Position numbers and translations under genes: made by a program. 64,000 nt of DNA from Trypanosoma brucei (lineage: Eukaryota): positions 1,312,001 through 1,376,000 of the forward strand of contig CH464491.1 of NCBI GenBank assembly GCA_000002445.1, read 5' to 3'. Each line of letters opens with the position of its first letter. Position 1 is the stretch's first letter. This document shows, piece by piece, positions 19,101 through 28,277 of this stretch. The notes below the pieces were generated by a model that made no database searches, was not told the DNA's origin, and saw only the letters and a list, made by a program, of their open reading frames with translations.

Positions 19101-20361
19101 GCGACGAAAGGATTGCGTCACAGTTCAGTTACCTGGCGTATGCTTCAAGGCGATAAAAGAAAAACGAACCATTGAACAGCTTCGCAAGCGCCACCTCGAT
19201 GAGGCAACATTTGTCGTGTTACAGCGGCACAAGCTGGAGGTAGCGGGGCTTCTACTACAAAAGTTGCAATTAGAGCGTGGCTCCGCAAATTTTCTCCACT
19301 CGGGAACTGATGGCCGGCTGTCCATCCTTCATAGTGACAATAAGGTAAGACAGTATATTGATCTTACCGCTACCACAACTTCACGCACAACGAGCTCCTA
19401 CCCAAGCTGCCAAAATATCCCGAAGGACGACAAATCTTCGCTACGCCACCTTTTTGTATCAAGGTTTGGTGAGAAGGGCCGTTGCGTGGAAATTGACTAC
19501 TCGCAGCTGGAGATTGTTGTTATGGCTGTTCTCTGTGAGGACGAAAGGCTCGTTTCAGACCTAAACCAGGGGGTCGACTTCCACGTGAAACGCGCTTCGT
19601 TTTTCAGTGGAATATCCTATGATGAAATCTATAACGGATACAAGCGTGGAGAGGCCAAATTTCTCAAGCTACGTAAAGTGGCCAAGACTTTCTCGTTTCA
19701 GCGTTTGTATGGTGCAGGCGTGCCGCTGCTTCACAAAACGACTGGTATCCCCGTTCAGGATCTTCAGGAATGTATACGCAGGGAAGAGGAAGAATATCCA
19801 GGTATATCGCGCTTCCACCGTCTCGCTCGGACGGTTGCTCTGCGGGCAAATAATCCCGGTCTGCCAACACACTTCATTGTTGAGCTCCCTACAGGCCTAC
19901 GCGTATGTTACAAAACCCGAGATGTAGTGCTCAACCTTCCTCCAGTGAAAAATTACCCCATTCAAAGCTTTGGTGCGGAACTTGCCCAAATGATGATTGG
20001 GCGCGTATTTCGTCAATTCGTGCGCAAAAGTTTTTACGGCCAAAAAGCCTTTATGATAAACTTCGTACACGATTCGCTTTGGCTCGACTGCCACATGAGT
20101 GTCCTTGAGGAATGTGTACACGAGACGCGCACCATCATGGAAGAAGTAGACACGTACGTGGCAAAGACATTCCCAGGTGTTAAGTTGAAAGTTCCGCTGA
20201 AGGTTTCAGTGGACTGTGGCGTGGATATGTGTGCCATGGAATCCGTCAAGGATGATTTCAGCGCGCTCGCGTCACAGCAGCGAAGCAAATCGTCAGAGTT
20301 AGATGCACTTATACCCGAACTTAGTAAGGAAGTTACTGACAGTGTAGAAATTACGGTGTAA
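16147..20361 (+). CDS. POLIB: Family-A (Pol I-like) DNA polymerase with inserted DEDD 3'-5' exonuclease domain; mitochondrial POLIB-type architecture
   Basis: Exonuclease motifs: Exo I VVFDIESTGL, Exo II IGHNVFALDEP, Exo III HRADTDAKM. These lie ~250-350 aa upstream of polymerase motif A (EIDYSQLEIVVMA), consistent with insertion in the thumb. Motif B is KVAKTFSFQRLYGAG and motif C is VHDSLWLD. The ~1400-aa size matches kinetoplastid POLIB. The symbol rests on architecture and on recalled neighbourhood with PGFS. Confidence 0.8.
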   Translation: MRLNSCWIRRVHRGIAQSNLRCVSTFAALVKVQEALKSSKPFADDAKGFAEFFRVPCLPGVGAQESVRRHYDRVLRDLKQQKDSYVMRQQGQDERVNEELPIFLVSYDTGSKNFYLFSVEKDCNAVRSPADGESDVSGLADELMQYTRGMTQAIMIPIVADEEERGALAPHLTRLSGELKRCGIIPVLSVDSLEIIKTLDPQQSPVRIVTKGRGKHASEPLTEEWFRAHWVHLRTLVFKSSEEDPIITLNRLVAPRFTIYVIHLVRAGSRGLNVALYEPLQKKRYGAKGMLSDVLGCLLERQAKQVIFLPTNRTDRPTLLRCRTALTKMGRTCYLVFPSEIGEKYRGVYQSDPARYWSSLCEVKGSLDADFSFEVYATVGNNIRTQQYKRTRENLLEKQASLSSENNMPAVTNSEVEKWLRVLSLDKRVSCEKAQMRKYKKYLVIAFMATEFAAYTRPANPHAPANYVVATSIMDYQQQVVEPWTKYSSRGEFKLPSLEGFDVIVCHDVKHFVLLIWDDPELRRFLKRGGRVWCTMFAEYLLDAQRCQSGSNSLHDVAMKYGILTPQSSVLGLSTPDLPIAFIQHYLVAAVDAISRVFQEQLKKACGNSQLICVAHRMDSLLAMASIEKAGIHIDSKEATLQAQAIRNRLLAIDKSLSLYAPDEIPLDMQRFFDWTSLQHLQAYFFGGSITLGYTDISRDSSTWTAHLIHLCHKYGNLGLMSADVHLQRFASERGLRGAGRLPQRVARFFDADGSSRRRKYRLVVFDIESTGLNTATDAIIEVAAFDPVEGTSFSSLVNPQRPIPPQSTAIHHITDSMVQGAPRLSEVTQAFARYLRLSEGQRDEDEVTILIGHNVFALDEPLLRRAFRSESVDTENLLFCDSLTILKGLKQELQGSKKDSKFDRGVLDILTNSLRLSSLVEGLRVEADGELHRADTDAKMLWFVLVNAFGIGGKDAVKQRDEVLSHAVRTLVLYPGVGCFLPQERRKDCVTVQLPGVCFKAIKEKRTIEQLRKRHLDEATFVVLQRHKLEVAGLLLQKLQLERGSANFLHSGTDGRLSILHSDNKVRQYIDLTATTTSRTTSSYPSCQNIPKDDKSSLRHLFVSRFGEKGRCVEIDYSQLEIVVMAVLCEDERLVSDLNQGVDFHVKRASFFSGISYDEIYNGYKRGEAKFLKLRKVAKTFSFQRLYGAGVPLLHKTTGIPVQDLQECIRREEEEYPGISRFHRLARTVALRANNPGLPTHFIVELPTGLRVCYKTRDVVLNLPPVKNYPIQSFGAELAQMMIGRVFRQFVRKSFYGQKAFMINFVHDSLWLDCHMSVLEECVHETRTIMEEVDTYVAKTFPGVKLKVPLKVSVDCGVDMCAMESVKDDFSALASQQRSKSSELDALIPELSKEVTDSVEITV

Positions 20362-20469
20362 AAGGTGGACCGCACCTGTTTCTTTGCATTACGCGAACAT
20401 TGCACAGTTTCAATACCCTCTGTTAAAAGAAGAAAGGACCACATTCTGCCGAAATAACTTTAGGGCGAG

Positions 20470-20560
20470 GGCAGAAGTGCCTTAAGCCCTTTTTTCTTTT
20501 CTATACAGAATGTTTCACCGTACTTTTCTTCCCCAAAACAAGAAATTTTATCCTCTAACA
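20470..20560 (+). promoter_or_regulatory. Polypyrimidine tract upstream of PGFS
   Basis: cccttttttcttttctatacag...ccgtacttttcttcccc lies ~100 nt before the ATG at 20644. Confidence 0.4.
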
Positions 20561-20643
20561 AACTTACAAAGTAAAAAATTCAAAAGAAATAAAGGAAAAA
20601 CATCACAGTTAACGGTATATAAGTACACCCCCATTTCTTCAAC

Positions 20644-21474
20644 ATGGCTCTCACTCAATCCCTAAAACTCTCGAATGGAGTGATGATGCCAGTTCTTGGT
20701 TTCGGTATGTGGAAGTTACAGGATGGCAATGAAGCCGAGACGGCGACGATGTGGGCCATAAAAAGCGGCTATCGTCACATCGATACTGCAGCCATCTATA
20801 AAAATGAAGAAAGCGCTGGCAGGGCCATTGCCTCATGTGGTGTACCGCGGGAAGAGCTATTCGTCACGACGAAGCTTTGGAACTCCGACCAGGGATATGA
20901 GAGCACGCTGAGCGCATTTGAGAAGAGCATTAAGAAGCTCGGCCTGGAATATGTTGACCTATACCTCATCCACTGGCCGGGGAAGGACAAGTTTATCGAC
21001 ACATGGAAGGCGTTTGAGAAACTGTACGCCGATAAGAAGGTGCGCGCCATTGGCGTTTCCAACTTTCACGAGCACCACATCGAGGAACTGCTAAAGCACT
21101 GTAAGGTTGCACCGATGGTTAACCAGATCGAGCTCCATCCGCTGCTCAATCAGAAGGCACTCTGCGAGTACTGCAAGTCGAAGAACATCGCCGTCACTGC
21201 CTGGTCGCCGCTTGGTCAAGGACATCTCGTCGAAGACGCCCGTCTGAAAGCTATCGGAGGAAAGTATGGTAAGACAGCTGCGCAGGTGATGCTCCGCTGG
21301 GAAATACAAGCAGGGGTCATCACGATTCCCAAATCGGGCAACGAGGCCCGCATCAAGGAAAATGGCAATATATTTGACTTCGAACTAACTGCGGAGGACA
21401 TTCAAGTCATCGATGGTATGAATGCCGGCCACCGCTACGGCCCCGATCCGGAGGTCTTCATGAACGACTTTTGA
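20644..21474 (+). CDS. PGFS: Aldo-keto reductase, prostaglandin F2-alpha synthase
   Basis: ATG start, 276 aa. AKR catalytic tetrad context is present (D...Y in [11 protein letters not shown] in TTKLWNSD, H in LIHWP). The N-terminus [25 protein letters not shown] matches my recollection of T. brucei PGFS. Confidence 0.9.
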
Positions 21475-21886
21475 TGCCCAAGGGTGCGGTGTTCGAGTAG
21501 TAACACTGGACGGATTGCCATCTCACCTTTGAGTGGGCTTTCAACCTATACTTTGATCTCTCATTTAACTATTTTTTTTTCCTAGCATCGCGGCTACTAT
21601 TCATCTCACTGCTCTTTTGTCCTGCGAACGAGGACGGTATTTATGTTTTCCGTAGTGAATAAATGTGTGACACTGCGTAGGACGGGGGAGTGGGCGGCAA
21701 GGATATGGACCTTGCGCCTGGGCGTGCCATGTTAGTGCCTTTTCTTTGCTTGCTCAACCGGTTGCTTGTTCTTCTTCAATCTCACTGCCGCATGCAAACG
21801 CACGTGCGTGAATACAACTGAAGCGTAGGAACGAACGTTACGGTAACACTATTGCTGCGGCGTGCGCTCCCGAATCTTTGGGGGCC

Positions 21887-23215
21887 ATGCCACGTCAGAC
21901 TACTTTGTCCGTCGTCTGCCTGAGCACCGGCAGAGGGGCTTCGATGGTGTATGAGGGGAACTGTAGCACAGCCTATGTGCTCTGCGTGGGTGACGCCCCG
22001 GTTGTTCTCTTTGGTATTGGATACGGAGTGACTCGCCAGTGTCTCCGCTACTTCGGTACCATCCCCACTAATATTGCAGTGTTTTCTAACCGTTCCCATA
22101 TGTCAGCAGAACTCCCCGTGGTGATTGCTGTTGAAGGTCGCAAGGGGAGGCACCCCCGGATCGTCGCTAGCGAAACGGTGATGATGCGCCTCATGCAGCA
22201 CAGGTTGGCGGAAATGCACTCCCGAGCAGCGTTTGGTGTACCCGGGGAGGGCGGTGTTTGCGACTTTGTCAATCTCCAAACCGATGAATCATCTCCAACA
22301 GTACCGTACCGTCTGCCCGACTTTCCATCTGTCTCCCTTGTGGCGTTCGACGCGGTTTCTTCACTGGAGAGTTCCTGTGGATTCGTTGTGCTGCATCATG
22401 GCAGTCCTGTACTTGCGCTGACAGGAGACTGTGCGTACGACGCGCAACGATACCAAGAGGTGCTCCGTATGGCACCCGTGGTCATTGTCGACGGACGGAA
22501 GAAAGGTTCGCCGGACCATGCGTCGTTTGCTGATATTACCCGCGCGGTGGATGACTGCAGGAGCAATGGCGGAGGACCACGTAGAGTATTCATTGGGCAG
22601 TATGGGGCCCCGGCTGATGCACCACCAGTTGTTTCTGGTGCAACAGTGCTTCCGATCGTGGAGGGTGCTGTGGTGGAACTAAGCGAGGGAGTATGCATTG
22701 GGGATGCAGAGGAGCTGCTTGTTCCACCAGCACCATCGGCGATAGACATGTGCGAAAGCACCAAAACCGTATGTTGTGATAGATCCGAGGGAGAGGAAGC
22801 ACCGAGCTCTTTTGTCATGCGCATGGCCCACACTGGAGGTGGCGGAGGACAAGATGCACTGCATGAAGGGAGCTCATGCAGGAGGGGACGGGGTGCCGGC
22901 ATTGGGGACTGGCAGTGTGGAGGAAAGGAAGCTGTGATTGTACCCGAAGCGAATTTGGGGAGCATAGGTGTATCTGCAGCGTTCGAGGAGTACATGCAAC
23001 GGGCTTATTGCGCCCTCCAGAGGTATCCCACGCAGGAGGGGGGTGTGAGTGGGGTTGTCCAGATGCGCAGCAACAACACAAACGCCCCGCGAGGCCCCAA
23101 CGAAGCGCCACCCAGTAGGGCACAGTCTGCAGAGGTTCCTAATAGGCCTCGTGGTGAGGAGTCGACGAAGCACACCACAGGGTACACATGCAGATTCACG
23201 GCTCTGAAGACATGA
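21887..23215 (+). CDS. Hypothetical protein (443 aa from first ATG)
   Basis: Long + strand ORF in coding-like GC-rich sequence. Track start is TTG at 21878; first ATG is at 21887. No confident domain. Confidence 0.5.
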   Translation: MPRQTTLSVVCLSTGRGASMVYEGNCSTAYVLCVGDAPVVLFGIGYGVTRQCLRYFGTIPTNIAVFSNRSHMSAELPVVIAVEGRKGRHPRIVASETVMMRLMQHRLAEMHSRAAFGVPGEGGVCDFVNLQTDESSPTVPYRLPDFPSVSLVAFDAVSSLESSCGFVVLHHGSPVLALTGDCAYDAQRYQEVLRMAPVVIVDGRKKGSPDHASFADITRAVDDCRSNGGGPRRVFIGQYGAPADAPPVVSGATVLPIVEGAVVELSEGVCIGDAEELLVPPAPSAIDMCESTKTVCCDRSEGEEAPSSFVMRMAHTGGGGGQDALHEGSSCRRGRGAGIGDWQCGGKEAVIVPEANLGSIGVSAAFEEYMQRAYCALQRYPTQEGGVSGVVQMRSNNTNAPRGPNEAPPSRAQSAEVPNRPRGEESTKHTTGYTCRFTALKT

Positions 23216-23504
23216 CGAGGAACGGTAGTGACACCGTTCTGCCCGTTCATTTCTTCTTTTGCGTCTACATCCACATTTGTGCTGCAGCCCTACGCCTCCC
23301 CTTGGCATGCGCGTTCAGAGGATGTGGCGAAAGGTGGTACGGTAGGCGTCGGGAAGTTGCTTGCTGCTACCACATGGGTAATTTACTGTATTCTGTCATA
23401 TCCCTTTGTTTGTGTAGTTTCTTCTCTGCTCAGTGGATTTCAACTTCTCTTTCCGTCACTTCACAATACCACCCAACTAGGTACACTACATCCTGACTAA
23501 CCGG

Positions 23505-24053
23505 ATGCCCGACTCGCCGACATCCCAGCGTTGCGCAGGCTCTAACAATCGGAAACCCAAGCGTGTTGCAACGAGGAAAGCGGATGGCGGAGATCAGCCT
23601 CTCGCTGTGAACGGCCCATCATCGCCGGAGTGTATCCGTACGAGGACACAAAAGTTAGAAAAGGAACTGCGTGAGCTTGTTCTCCGCAACAGGTCCAGGC
23701 ACGAGCGGCTGCAGAACATGAGGAATCGTGCCACATTGTCAAGCCCTCCACCGTCAGGCCCTCAGTCGTTCGAGCGTGCAGCAAGGCCGTCAGATGAATC
23801 AAAGCCGAGGAGCGAAACGGAGGGGAGGAATAAGCTTCCTAATCTGTACAAGTGTTTTGACGAGGCGCGAACGAAGTCGCTCTTGGAGTACGAAAAAAAT
23901 AAAGGGAGCAAAGAGTCTTGTATGTACTCTTCGTACATACCGCGCGACGCAGACCTCACGCCGAGGGGGAAACAGCGAGACGCGATGAAAGATCCCGACT
24001 CTTTCAGCCTTCGATTCTGTAGCAAGTTGCACCCAAGAGACGACTCTAGATAA
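23505..24053 (+). CDS. Hypothetical basic protein (182 aa)
   Basis: ATG start. Arg/Lys/Ser-rich. Lies between flanking + strand genes with a polypyrimidine run upstream. Confidence 0.45.
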   Translation: MPDSPTSQRCAGSNNRKPKRVATRKADGGDQPLAVNGPSSPECIRTRTQKLEKELRELVLRNRSRHERLQNMRNRATLSSPPPSGPQSFERAARPSDESKPRSETEGRNKLPNLYKCFDEARTKSLLEYEKNKGSKESCMYSSYIPRDADLTPRGKQRDAMKDPDSFSLRFCSKLHPRDDSR

Positions 24054-24355
24054 GATTTTTGGAATCGTTAGGAGAGAGAGGTGCGTGTGGGTGGGGGGAA
24101 GGGGGCGGTGAATAGCTATGGGGGACCACCGTGTTCTCTTTCCTCACTTTGTGTGTGCTCTCTGGTTGAACTCCTACACCACGAGATGTCCGTTTGCGAA
24201 AATGTGTATGTATTGCAGTAACCTGACTACGCTGGAACTGTTATTTGTGCTCTCCTTTCAATGTATCATGCATCGTGCTTGTTTTCCTTTGGGCCGACGT
24301 GCGCGCTGTTGTGTCACTTGTCACACTGTGTTTGATTTTTTTGCATAATCTTAGG

Positions 24356-25354
24356 ATGGCAGGATTGCAGAGTGCTTTAGCGTATCGACTTGCTTTAGTT
24401 GACCAAGAAAGGCAACAGCAACAACGAGGGTATGATTTCCTGCGGCGGTCCCTGCTCCATAAGGTTGTTGCTGCATGTGCTCAGGGAGGCTCAGCAGCCA
24501 AACTCGATCGCCACGGAGGTCGGGTCTCGTCGAGTGACGAACTGGTTATTAGGGATGAACGTGGGATTGCCAGTATTGGTGATAGCGATGTAGTGTCTAA
24601 TGCGGGGGATGACATGACGGGTGTCAGTGTTTCGTCACAATGGCCCAGTCCAGATGAGGAAACGGAGGAGCCTCCTTCACGGAAGTTGTTGGGCTTCCAA
24701 AGTACCCCTATGGAGTCCGTCGGTGCGAAAGGCAAGAAGCGCGAGGAGGGAACTTTTGGTGCAGGGGTGTTGGAGACCACCGGAGGGCGCTTGCAGGGCT
24801 TGGACGATTCCGATGTAGTTCCGAGTTTCCGTCCCACTATTTCGCTAGTCTCAGCCAGACTGGCGCGACAACGGCGGTTGAAAGATCGTGCGGAGGGTTT
24901 ACCCATTTCAGAGTACCTTTTTCAGCGAGGTAAGGCCACTAACAGGGTCGGCAAGCAAGAGCAAGGTGAGACTGTCCGTGCACATGCGGATCCCACAGTA
25001 GCAACGAGGGTGAGAAAGGTGACCTTCACAGCTTCTACCGTGGAAAGACTGTACTCAAACCCAAAGGGGAAGCAAGGGAACGACACTCAACATAGAAAGC
25101 AGCAGTTACAGGATATCTCCCCGACCGATATAGATCTTCGCTTTCATCCGTTGATATCGGAGAGGGCAGCGAAGCTACAGAGGGGAACGAGCAGAAAGGT
25201 GCATGATGACCTATACGAACATGGAGTCCGAAGGCAACTACAGAAGAATTGCGCTCAGCCGCGGAACGAACCCTCGTTTCACCCTACCATTAACCAGGTG
25301 AGCGAGATGATTGTTAGGGGGTTGTCCAACCCTGCCGTAGCGGGGCTGACGTAA
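24356..25354 (+). CDS. Hypothetical protein (332 aa from first ATG)
   Basis: Track ORF 24245..25354 starts at TTG; first ATG is at 24356 (MAGLQSALAYRL...). Coding-like composition. Confidence 0.5.
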   Translation: MAGLQSALAYRLALVDQERQQQQRGYDFLRRSLLHKVVAACAQGGSAAKLDRHGGRVSSSDELVIRDERGIASIGDSDVVSNAGDDMTGVSVSSQWPSPDEETEEPPSRKLLGFQSTPMESVGAKGKKREEGTFGAGVLETTGGRLQGLDDSDVVPSFRPTISLVSARLARQRRLKDRAEGLPISEYLFQRGKATNRVGKQEQGETVRAHADPTVATRVRKVTFTASTVERLYSNPKGKQGNDTQHRKQQLQDISPTDIDLRFHPLISERAAKLQRGTSRKVHDDLYEHGVRRQLQKNCAQPRNEPSFHPTINQVSEMIVRGLSNPAVAGLT

Positions 25355-25908
25355 CCTGGGAAATGTTCTCTTCGGATAGCATGCACACAAGTATAGATAT
25401 AGCGGTGAATGGACCCATCACAGGGCACTCGGTTCGCCCCGGTCGGCGTACATGAGTTGGTGGGAAATGCCGCGAGTGTATCACGTTTTATGAAAGCCTT
25501 TTACATATATATATATGTACAGTGCTTACTGACTGCACCGGGCGATTGCTTGCCTCTGTTTGTGCCCCTTGTGTGGATGTGAATTGTTAGGACCGAATCA
25601 CGCCACAGCAGCTATCAGGCTGCACCATCGGAAGCCACTGGTTGCATCCCGGGGCGCACCACAATACACATCGTTTGCAGGTGTGGTATCCACCATGGGC
25701 AAAGGGGTTCGTTGGTCTGCCGGTTCGCTGCACGAAGCGTGTAGCTAACATCGTATTTCATACTTTATCTGTGGTTTTGCGCACAAACTTCCTGACCGTC
25801 GTACCTTCCTTCTATTTGTCAATTGCTGATACCCAAATCTATTTGGCGTGTGTTACGCACCTTTTTTTTTCACCTTCATTTGTTGCTAACCCTTCAAAGA
25901 GCAGTTGG

Positions 25909-27453
25909 ATGGCGAAAAAGGGTAAAAAGAATTCGGCGCCGCAGTTGGTGGCACCGGAGCCGGTGGCAGACGAGCTCGAGGTGGATATCCTGTGGGACGC
26001 CGTCAAAGAAGTAGATGATAAACCTCCTTTCATGGATGGGACACACCTGGACGCCACACGTGCGTTGTTCAAACTGGAGAAAACAGGACGCGGCGCACCG
26101 GATGTTCCGCACAATTTTTTCCAACTTCGGGAAAGAAACCTCAGCGTCGTGCGTGCCCGGGACCGTTTTGTGTTGGCTGAGCAGCGGCTGAAAGAGAGAA
26201 TGGAGGTGGACGAAGGCCTGCAGGACGATGATCAGTGTTTTCTATCACTGAAGCAAAGTGAGGGCGAAGAGTACCTGCGGGAGAGGAGAGCTGCCATGGA
26301 AAACATTGCTGGTGTTAAGTCAGCACTGGTGGAGGACCAACTCGGCTTGATTACACGTATGGAGGAGGCGGCCGAAGACTTCTTCCGAGGCTGGAATGAC
26401 TTATTAGAGGAGGTAACCGCACTCGCCACTGGGGACAGCAAAGTGAGCGCCGCGTTCGAAGAGAAACGAACTCTCACCAAAACGTTTAGGGAAGCGGAGG
26501 AACAGTATTTTCACGACCACGGGGAGCACGTTGTGGGCATCCGAGAAATGCGAAGGGAGACCAAGCGGCAGCAGGATGAAATGCTTCAGTCGATGGTAAC
26601 GCGTCTCGGGGCAGGTGTAGTGGAAATGGCAAGGTTGTCTGTGGAAGAACTAGAGGACAAGGCAGCCCAGCAAGAAGAAACAACGCGGCTTATTTCAGAA
26701 CTCATGAAGGTTCAAGGGAAGTCTACCGTGTTGGAAAAGCAGACAATTGCCATTAATGAGCACCGTGCCACGCTACAACGGTTGATAGATCTGGAGGTGC
26801 AAAAGCAGGAGTTCTGTATCCTGCGTCAGAAACAGATCGAGTCCGATTTGAAAACTCTTTCTGAAACTGTAAAGCACAACAACGAGCAGTTACTTCTCTT
26901 GTCAAGTAACGCCACTCCTTGCCAGGAATACAAAAAGCTGCTGCCGATGATCCCCACTTCTCCCAACACCATTTCCAACCTAACGAATGTGCAGGACAAG
27001 AGCCTGCTGTTGCTGACGGTGGAGGCTAAGCGGCAGCTTGAAGGGCTAGACGCTGAGCTGAAAACTCTGAAAGATGAGCTCGCTACACTTAGGAGGCGCC
27101 ACATTGTGCATCTAAGCGGCAAGTATAAACCAACAGCTACGGATGGGCCCCTAAGTGCCATGAAGAAAACTGCGGAGTTAGGTATCGAGACAACGAGCGC
27201 TATTCGGTCCGCAGTTCTAAACTCTTTGGAGCAGGTGTGCCGTTGCCTTGGATGTACGGAAGATGCAGAAGCACCTGGAGATTCTCTGGAGCGTCTTTTT
27301 TCCATAACAGATGTGGAAGAACGGAAAGCTGTACAATTGTACGTGTCGAGATGTATCAGTAAACTGTTTAGTTCGGAATGCCCTACGGCTTTGCCAGTTC
27401 CATTCCCCAGGAGTTCGAAGGGTATACAATGGGATATGTTGCCTTCACACTGA
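25909..27453 (+). CDS. Hypothetical coiled-coil protein (514 aa from first ATG, MAKKGKKNSAPQL...)
   Basis: Track ORF 25642..27453 begins at TTG; the first ATG at 25909 is preceded by a pyrimidine tract. Long heptad-rich charged sequence with many E/K/L/Q residues. Confidence 0.55.
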   Translation: MAKKGKKNSAPQLVAPEPVADELEVDILWDAVKEVDDKPPFMDGTHLDATRALFKLEKTGRGAPDVPHNFFQLRERNLSVVRARDRFVLAEQRLKERMEVDEGLQDDDQCFLSLKQSEGEEYLRERRAAMENIAGVKSALVEDQLGLITRMEEAAEDFFRGWNDLLEEVTALATGDSKVSAAFEEKRTLTKTFREAEEQYFHDHGEHVVGIREMRRETKRQQDEMLQSMVTRLGAGVVEMARLSVEELEDKAAQQEETTRLISELMKVQGKSTVLEKQTIAINEHRATLQRLIDLEVQKQEFCILRQKQIESDLKTLSETVKHNNEQLLLLSSNATPCQEYKKLLPMIPTSPNTISNLTNVQDKSLLLLTVEAKRQLEGLDAELKTLKDELATLRRRHIVHLSGKYKPTATDGPLSAMKKTAELGIETTSAIRSAVLNSLEQVCRCLGCTEDAEAPGDSLERLFSITDVEERKAVQLYVSRCISKLFSSECPTALPVPFPRSSKGIQWDMLPSH

Positions 27454-28277
27454 TACTTTGGTTGATGATACAAAAGCAAGAGTTAGCCCCGGAGTTTCCG
27501 CTATGGTGTTGTCTTTACCTTCCCATCTCCCTAGGGGGGGGGAATTTATGCTCCTTGTACACCTTCTCCTACCCCCAGTTTAGTAGAGTTCGATGGCATC
27601 AATATGACATATTAAACCGTGGGTGTAGTTAAGTGAATACCATCATTAATTGTACTATCAGATGTTAGTGTAGTGTCGGGTGTCAGTGGCAAGTGCAAGA
27701 GGAGAAGAAGGTAAATTTCTCCCGATTCGTCAAAGTCACGTTACGGCCTGTTACCGATTGGCAGAACCCTTTCGTGTTGGAAACCACACTCAACCGCTCC
27801 ATTTTAGGTGTGCTTATGTGTTTTGTCTCTTCTCTCTTTCCCATCCACACACACACGAACACAAAGGCCTAAAATAAAATCCCACTAAAAACGTTACTGC
27901 GACACTATCACTCACAAAATTCACTACTTTTAACCTTGTTTATTATTGTAATAATAATAATAAATGAATGGATTAACCCTCTACTTAGACACAAGGAGAA
28001 GTTACACATTAAAGCACAGTTAAGTTGAGGGGAAAGCGCAAGCAAAGGGATTGAAGGCGAAAGTGACTTTCCACTACGTTTTTTCAGCAGTTCATCGAAA
28101 ATCGGCAAAAAAAAGTGGGTGTATTTAAAAAAGGAAATATATACGGACGTGAATATAAGAAACATCGAAGAAATAGGAAAACAACATATTGAAAAATAAC
28201 ACAAACACATTTTGTAAAAAAAAAAAAAAGACAAACAGTAGTAGTATAGATTTACAGGGGTCTACAACGGTACTGAA

